Shown piece by piece: positions 23,865 through 28,177 of a stretch of 28,177 nucleotides of DNA. The position numbers and the translations under genes were made by a program. How positions within the stretch are numbered: position 1 is the stretch's first letter; each line of letters opens with the position of its first letter. The stretch comes from an uncultured Lachnospiraceae bacterium (GTDB taxonomy: Bacteria > Bacillota > Clostridia > Lachnospirales > Lachnospiraceae), in assembly GCA_902766845.1 (NCBI GenBank), contig CACXFD010000028.1:1-28177 (forward strand). Direction: 5' to 3'. Under the pieces are notes generated by a model. The model did not search any database and was not told the origin of the DNA. It saw only the letters and a list, made by a program, of their open reading frames with translations.

Positions 23865-24875
23865 TCAGCCGCGGCGGTACGTCTCCGGCCGGGCCAGCGT
23901 GGCCAGCATCACGGCCTTGATCGTATGCATGCGGTTCTCGGCCTCGTCGAAGACCAGGGACTGTTCGGATTCGAAGACCTCGTCGGTGACCTCCATCTCG
24001 GTGATGCCGAAGCGTTCGCCCATCTCGCGGCCGATCTTCGTCTCCAGGTCATGGAACGACGGCAGGCAGTGCAGGAAGATCGCGTGCGGGCCGGCCGCGG
24101 CCATCACGTCTTTGGTGACGCGGTACGGCGTCAGGTCCGCGATCCGCTCCTGCCAGACCTCGTCGGGCTCGCCCATCGAGACCCAGACGTCGGTGCAGAT
24201 CACATCCGATTCGGCCGCGGCGGACACGTCCTCGGTCAGCGTGATGCTGCCCCCGCTCTCCCTGGCCCAGGCGCGGCAGGTCTCGACCAGCTCCGGATCC
24301 GGGAAGTATTTCTTCGGCGCGCAGGCCGTAAAGTGCAGGCCCAGCTTCGCGCAGACCACCATATAGGAGTTCCCCATATTATAGCGCGCGTCGCCGAAGT
24401 AGGTCAGGCGCAGGCCGGCCAGCCGGCCGAAGTGCTCGCGCACGGTCAGCATGTCCGCAAGCATCTGCGTCGGGTGATATTCATTGGTCAGGCCGTTCCA
24501 GACCGGCACGCCCGCGTGCGCGGCCAGCGTCTCCACGATCTCCTGCCCGTAGCCGCGGTACTCGATGCCGTCATACATGCGGCCCAGTACGCGCGCAGTA
24601 TCCTTGATGCTCTCTTTTTTGCCGATCTGCGATCCGGACGGATCCAGATAGGTGGTCCCCATGCCCAGGTCATGGGCCGCCACTTCGAACGAGCAGCGGG
24701 TCCGCGTGCTGGTCTTCTCAAAGATCAGGGCCACGTTGCGCCCCCGCAGATGATCGTGCGGGACGCCCTGTTTCTTCTCTGCCTTGAGCTGCGCGGCCAG
24801 ATCCAGAAAGTCCGTGATCTCCTCCGCGGTAAAGTCCCGCAGTGTCAGAAAATGCCGTCCGTACAGTGCTGCCAT
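23865..24875 (-). CDS. argF: Ornithine carbamoyltransferase
   Basis: 336 aa. 'FEKTSTRTR', '[11 protein letters not shown]', 'TDVWVSMG', 'HCLP', '[13 protein letters not shown]'. Confidence 0.95.
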   Translation of the reverse strand: MAALYGRHFLTLRDFTAEEITDFLDLAAQLKAEKKQGVPHDHLRGRNVALIFEKTSTRTRCSFEVAAHDLGMGTTYLDPSGSQIGKKESIKDTARVLGRMYDGIEYRGYGQEIVETLAAHAGVPVWNGLTNEYHPTQMLADMLTVREHFGRLAGLRLTYFGDARYNMGNSYMVVCAKLGLHFTACAPKKYFPDPELVETCRAWARESGGSITLTEDVSAAAESDVICTDVWVSMGEPDEVWQERIADLTPYRVTKDVMAAAGPHAIFLHCLPSFHDLETKIGREMGERFGITEMEVTDEVFESEQSLVFDEAENRMHTIKAVMLATLARPETYRRG

Positions 24876-24929
24876 AGCGCCTCCCCGACCGGTCCCTCCG
24901 GTCTCTGTTTCTTTAGTGAATACCTTATT

Positions 24930-24958
24930 ACTATACCCTCCGGGGCCGATTCGGGCAA
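24930..24958 (-). promoter_or_regulatory. Putative sigma-A promoter of argF
   Basis: TTGCCC (24958-24953), 17-bp spacer, TATAGT (24935-24930). A-tract just upstream of the -35. Confidence 0.6.
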
Positions 24959-24989
24959 GTGTTTTTGCGGAAGGATCGCGCCGGCAGGC

Positions 24990-25031
24990 AAAAAAAGAAG
25001 GCCGGCCGGGGCTTGTCTGCCCCGGCCGGCC
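24990..25031 (-). terminator. Intrinsic terminator of the nfeD-SPFH operon
   Basis: 13-bp GC stem ggccggccggggc / gccccggccggcc with a 6-nt loop, followed by UUCUUUUUUU on the minus strand. Confidence 0.88.
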
Positions 25032-25040
25032 CGGCGCCGG

Positions 25041-25985
25041 TCACTCTTTCTTCACGGTCTCCGACAGGGCGGCCAGCGTGCCGGCCAGACCCTGGATGTC
25101 CGACGGGATGATCAGCTTCGTGGACTGGCCGTCGGCCACCTTTTCGAGGGCCTCGAGGCTCTTGAGCCGGATCACCGCGTCGTCCGCGCCGGCTTCCTTG
25201 ACCGCACGGATACCGTCGGCCGTGGCCTGCTGCACGCGCAGGATGGCTTCGGCCTGGCCTTCCGCCTCGCGGATCATGGCCTCTTTCTTGGCCTCGGCCC
25301 GCAGGATCGCGGCCTGCTTTTCCGCCTCGGCCTGCAGGATGGCCTGTTCCTTCTTACCTTCTGCCACGAGGACCGTGGACTTCTTTTCACCTTCGGCCTG
25401 CAGGATCTTTTCACGGCGCTCACGTTCCGCCTTCATCTGGCGTTCCATGGAGTCCTGGATCTCAGCCGGCGGGATGATGTTCTTGAGCTCGACACGGTTC
25501 ACCTTGATGCCCCAGGGATCCGTCGCGATGTCCAGCTCCGTGCGCATCTTGGTGTTGATCAGCTCACGGCTGGTCAGCGTTTCATCCAGCTCCAGGTCGC
25601 CGATGATGTTACGCAGCGTGGTGGCCGTCAGATTTTCGATGGCCATCAGCGGGTTCTCGACGCCGTAGGTGAACAGCTTCGGGTCCGTGATCTGGAAGAA
25701 GACCACGGTATCGATCTGCATGGTCACGTTATCTTCGGTGATCACCGGCTGCGGCTTGAAGTCGATGACCTGTTCCTTCAGGTTCACGCGCTTGGCGATC
25801 CGGTCGATGAACGGGACCTTGACATGCAGGCCCGTTCCCCAGGTCCCCGCGTACGCACCCAGCCGCTCCAGCACCATGGCCTGCGCCTGCGGCACCACGC
25901 GGATATTCGAGATGATGAGCATCAGCACGAGGATCAGCAGCACAGCGAGCACGATCCATCCGCCCAGACTTACAGCAGCGATCAT
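25041..25985 (-). CDS. SPFH/band-7 (stomatin/QmcA-like) membrane protein
   Basis: N-terminal TM, 'GLHVKVPFIDRI', 'VITEDNVTMQIDTVVF', 'WGIKVNRVEL', coiled-coil 'AERERR...AEGEK'. AAAGGAGG RBS before ATG 25985. Confidence 0.94.
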   Translation of the reverse strand: MIAAVSLGGWIVLAVLLILVLMLIISNIRVVPQAQAMVLERLGAYAGTWGTGLHVKVPFIDRIAKRVNLKEQVIDFKPQPVITEDNVTMQIDTVVFFQITDPKLFTYGVENPLMAIENLTATTLRNIIGDLELDETLTSRELINTKMRTELDIATDPWGIKVNRVELKNIIPPAEIQDSMERQMKAERERREKILQAEGEKKSTVLVAEGKKEQAILQAEAEKQAAILRAEAKKEAMIREAEGQAEAILRVQQATADGIRAVKEAGADDAVIRLKSLEALEKVADGQSTKLIIPSDIQGLAGTLAALSETVKKE

Positions 25986-26073
25986 AGTTTCCTCCTTTGC
26001 CCCGTCGGGCATGTTTTCATGACCGGATCCTCCCGGTCAGTGTCCTGTTTCGCGTCCCGTTTTCGGGTCCGCC

Positions 26074-26493
26074 TCACTCCACGATCAGCTTCACGCCGCG
26101 GATCTCACGCACCGTGGCCTGCTGCCCGGCCGGGATCACGCGTCCGTCCGCCGAGCGGGCGGTCCACTCCTGTCCGTTCGCATCGGCCGCCCCGGTCCCG
26201 CGCACGTTGTCGATCTCCTCGGTGATCCGGACCGTGGTCCCGATCAGGCTCTCCGCGTTGGTGCGGATGACCTTGTGGTCCATCAGCTTTTTGACCGCGG
26301 GCCGTGTGGCCAGCAACAGCACCACCGAAACGGCGATGGCCGCGAAGATCTGCACGGCAGGCGAGACTCCGAGCAGGCTCAGGATCAGTCCCGCCAGCGC
26401 GCCGCCCGCGAACCAGATCGTCGTCAGGCCGGCCGTGGCGGCTTCGATGATCACGAGCACGATACCGATCACCAGCCAGATCCATGGACTCAT
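26074..26493 (-). CDS. Short NfeD-family (YbbJ-like) SPFH partner
   Basis: 139 aa from MSPWIW (AAAGGAGG RBS). Hydrophobic N-terminal half and OB-like C-terminus 'NAESLIG...GQEWTARS...VREIRGVKLIV'. Confidence 0.9.
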   Translation of the reverse strand: MSPWIWLVIGIVLVIIEAATAGLTTIWFAGGALAGLILSLLGVSPAVQIFAAIAVSVVLLLATRPAVKKLMDHKVIRTNAESLIGTTVRITEEIDNVRGTGAADANGQEWTARSADGRVIPAGQQATVREIRGVKLIVE

Positions 26494-26523
26494 CGGAAGC
26501 ACCTCCTTTGCTTTGTTGTCTCT

Positions 26524-26552
26524 ATTGTAAACGTTTGTCCGGAAATTCGCAA
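26524..26552 (-). promoter_or_regulatory. Putative sigma-A promoter of nfeD-SPFH
   Basis: TTGCGA (26552-26547), 17-bp spacer, TACAAT (26529-26524). Confidence 0.7.
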
Positions 26553-26630
26553 CCGCCGCCGCGGCGGAAACCCAGTGGTTATTTCCGCGAAAACGGAGAA
26601 TGGGGGCCGTTCGGACCGCTTCCCGGGCGC

Positions 26631-26660
26631 AAAAAAACAGCGCGGCCGCGTGCCGCGCTG
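26631..26660 (-). terminator. Intrinsic terminator of the nitroreductase gene
   Basis: 9-bp stem cagcgcggc / gccgcgctg directly after the stop, followed by 7 U on the minus strand. Confidence 0.88.
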
Positions 26661-27413
26661 TCACTCGAGAAAGAACGTCTCGACGTATTGATTCTTCTTC
26701 AGTTCTTTTTCCTGGATCCCGCTCTGGCGGAGCGATCCGGTCATCCACAGCTCCTCCGCGCCGAGCATCAGGTGCGCTTCGGCGATGCCGGCGTGGAACT
26801 GATGCGAGAGCCGGGCCCGTTTGTCCTCCACACGCGGGACAAAGATATGGATGCGGTCCCGGTAGACCACGAAGCGCCACGGCTGGCGGTTCAGGGCCGA
26901 CGGCGCGAGCCGGACGGCGGAGAGCAGGGTCTTCTGGGTCTCCCCGATGGGCTCCTTGAGGAAGAACAACTGGCTGTCGGGCTTGCGGTGCGCCCGCGCC
27001 GGATCCCGGTACAGGTCCTCCTGCGCATAGCCGAACGCGATCACGATGACCTTCTTCCTGCCTTCCGGCACCTTGCCGCGCACCTGCGTGCCGCCCTGGT
27101 AGCAGGTCGCGATCCCGCGGCTGGTCATGTACAGGACCAGATACTCCGCTGCGATGCCGGCCTTCCGCCAGGCCGCCTCGTCTTCCGGGGCGTAGATCAC
27201 GAGGTAGTGCGGCGCGCGGACCCGGAACAGCCCGCCGAGCCGTTTGGCTGCCTGCTCCGCGGACACGAGCTCCGTCTCCCAGACCAGGTCGGGGAGCATC
27301 TCTTCGACCTCCTCCTTATAGCGCCGGAGATGGGCCAGCATCTCCTCGTCCAGCGGCTGCTTCGCAAAAGCGCGCACGGACTGCCTTTTCTGTATGGCCT
27401 CGAACAGTGTCAT
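26661..27413 (-). CDS. Nitroreductase-family protein (two nitroreductase-like half domains)
   Basis: 'IQKRQSVRAF', 'LYMTSRGIATCY', and a second unit 'AVRLAPSALNRQPWRF...AGIAEAHL'. Confidence 0.85.
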   Translation of the reverse strand: MTLFEAIQKRQSVRAFAKQPLDEEMLAHLRRYKEEVEEMLPDLVWETELVSAEQAAKRLGGLFRVRAPHYLVIYAPEDEAAWRKAGIAAEYLVLYMTSRGIATCYQGGTQVRGKVPEGRKKVIVIAFGYAQEDLYRDPARAHRKPDSQLFFLKEPIGETQKTLLSAVRLAPSALNRQPWRFVVYRDRIHIFVPRVEDKRARLSHQFHAGIAEAHLMLGAEELWMTGSLRQSGIQEKELKKNQYVETFFLE

Positions 27414-27440
27414 CGTCTTCTCCCGGGATTTGTTAACAAT

Positions 27441-27449
27441 ATTGTAACA
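27441..27449 (-). promoter_or_regulatory. Extended -10 promoter (TG-T-TACAAT) of the nitroreductase gene
   Basis: Minus strand reads aTGtTACAAT about 30 nt before the ATG. No clear -35. Confidence 0.55.
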
Positions 27450-27606
27450 TATAACTTTGGAAACGGATATACAAAATCACTCGATTTTTCTTACGTTTTT
27501 CTGTCTAATCTGCTGTCCGGCGGCCCGCTCCTCCGCAGACCGGCCGGCCTTCGTCTCTTCTGCCCCGCGGCCCGCGTCCCGGCTGCCTGCCGGCCCGCAT
27601 CTTTCA

Positions 27607-27634
27607 TTGACTTTCCGCGGTTTTTCTGTATAAT
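27607..27634 (+). promoter_or_regulatory. Putative sigma-A promoter of potA
   Basis: TTGACT (27607-27612), 16-bp spacer, TATAAT (27629-27634). Confidence 0.7.
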
Positions 27635-27749
27635 TTATCTTGCATTCTTTTGTCACGGGTTCTCCGTGGCTGTCCGATCGCATGCGGCCCGCACGGGTCC
27701 AGTTTCAGGCGCGCCCGCGCCTGCACTATCTGTGTAAGGAGGTCCTGCC

Positions 27750-28177
27750 ATGAACAGACCGCTGATCGAGATGGTCGACATCTCCAAGAAGTACGATGAC
27801 ACCCTGGTGCTGGATGAGTTCAACCTGACCATCCGCGAAAACGAGTTTCTCACGCTCCTGGGACCCAGCGGATGCGGCAAAACGACGACGCTGCGTATCC
27901 TCGGCGGGTTTGAGACACCGGACACCGGCCGTGTGCTGTTCAATGGCACGGACATCACGAATCTTCCCCCGAATAAACGGGAACTCAATACGGTCTTCCA
28001 GAAGTACGCGCTGTTCCCGCACATGGACATCGCGGAAAACATCGCCTTCGGCCTGAAGATCAAGGGCAAGAGCAAAGCGTACATCGATGACAAGATCAAG
28101 TACGCCTTGAAGCTCGTCAACCTCGACGGCTTCGAGCACCGCTCGGTCACCTCGCTCTCGGGCGGCCAGCAGCAGCG
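27750..28177 (+). CDS. potA: Spermidine/putrescine ABC transporter ATP-binding subunit (5' part; runs off the window)
   Basis: Not in the ORF track; translated by hand: [17 protein letters not shown]...[23 protein letters not shown]...[13 protein letters not shown]...LSGGQQQ. AAGGAGG RBS at 27736-27742. Confidence 0.88.
   Translation, partial: MNRPLIEMVDISKKYDDTLVLDEFNLTIRENEFLTLLGPSGCGKTTTLRILGGFETPDTGRVLFNGTDITNLPPNKRELNTVFQKYALFPHMDIAENIAFGLKIKGKSKAYIDDKIKYALKLVNLDGFEHRSVTSLSGGQQQ

Noticed and set aside
23865-24875. Arginine deiminase (arc) operon
   Set aside because: No arcA, arcC or arcD is adjacent; the OTCase stands alone with its own promoter.
27429-27449. Rex box (TTGTTAA-N4-TTAACAA) or GlnR/TnrA box (TGTNA-N7-TNACA)
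   Set aside because: Only one Rex half-site matches (the other 3/7), and the TGTTA...TAACA spacing is 9, not 7.

Overview
High-GC (roughly mid-60s % by eye) chromosomal segment of a Firmicute. Gene content and order (greA-lysS, cdaA-cdaR-HPr, DUF6145-like gene, CIRCE, sigma-A promoters) suggest Clostridia, probably Lachnospiraceae; this is inference. 28 complete genes lie on the minus strand, and a partial potA starts on the plus strand at the right edge. From right to left on the minus strand: nitroreductase; nfeD-SPFH pair; argF, two small conserved genes and dusB; greA-lysS-aminopeptidase-NifB/NifX-FKBP fusion-DUF4234-alpha/beta hydrolase-MATE; a CIRCE-controlled hsp20; and a ~13 kb, tightly overlapped 13-gene run. 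That run joins two membrane hypotheticals, the c-di-AMP synthase module cdaA-cdaR and an HPr paralog to a surface-glycopolymer locus (Wzy-like, glf, three GT2, DUF2304, DUF2142 GT-C, acyltransferase-3). I see no mobile element, CRISPR array, tRNA or rRNA. Best leads: (1) a NifB/NifX-(CGHH)n-SlyD-type FKBP fusion that looks like a rearranged metallochaperone; (2) cdaA-cdaR-HPr coupled to a galactofuranose glycopolymer locus containing a GacI/GacJ/GacL-like module, with no glmM; (3) hsp20 with a perfect CIRCE over its -35 and a Shine-Dalgarno-sequestering leader hairpin (candidate RNA thermometer); (4) six helically phased A-tracts upstream of a perfect-consensus greA promoter; (5) an intergenic GATC-rich 18-bp tandem array.
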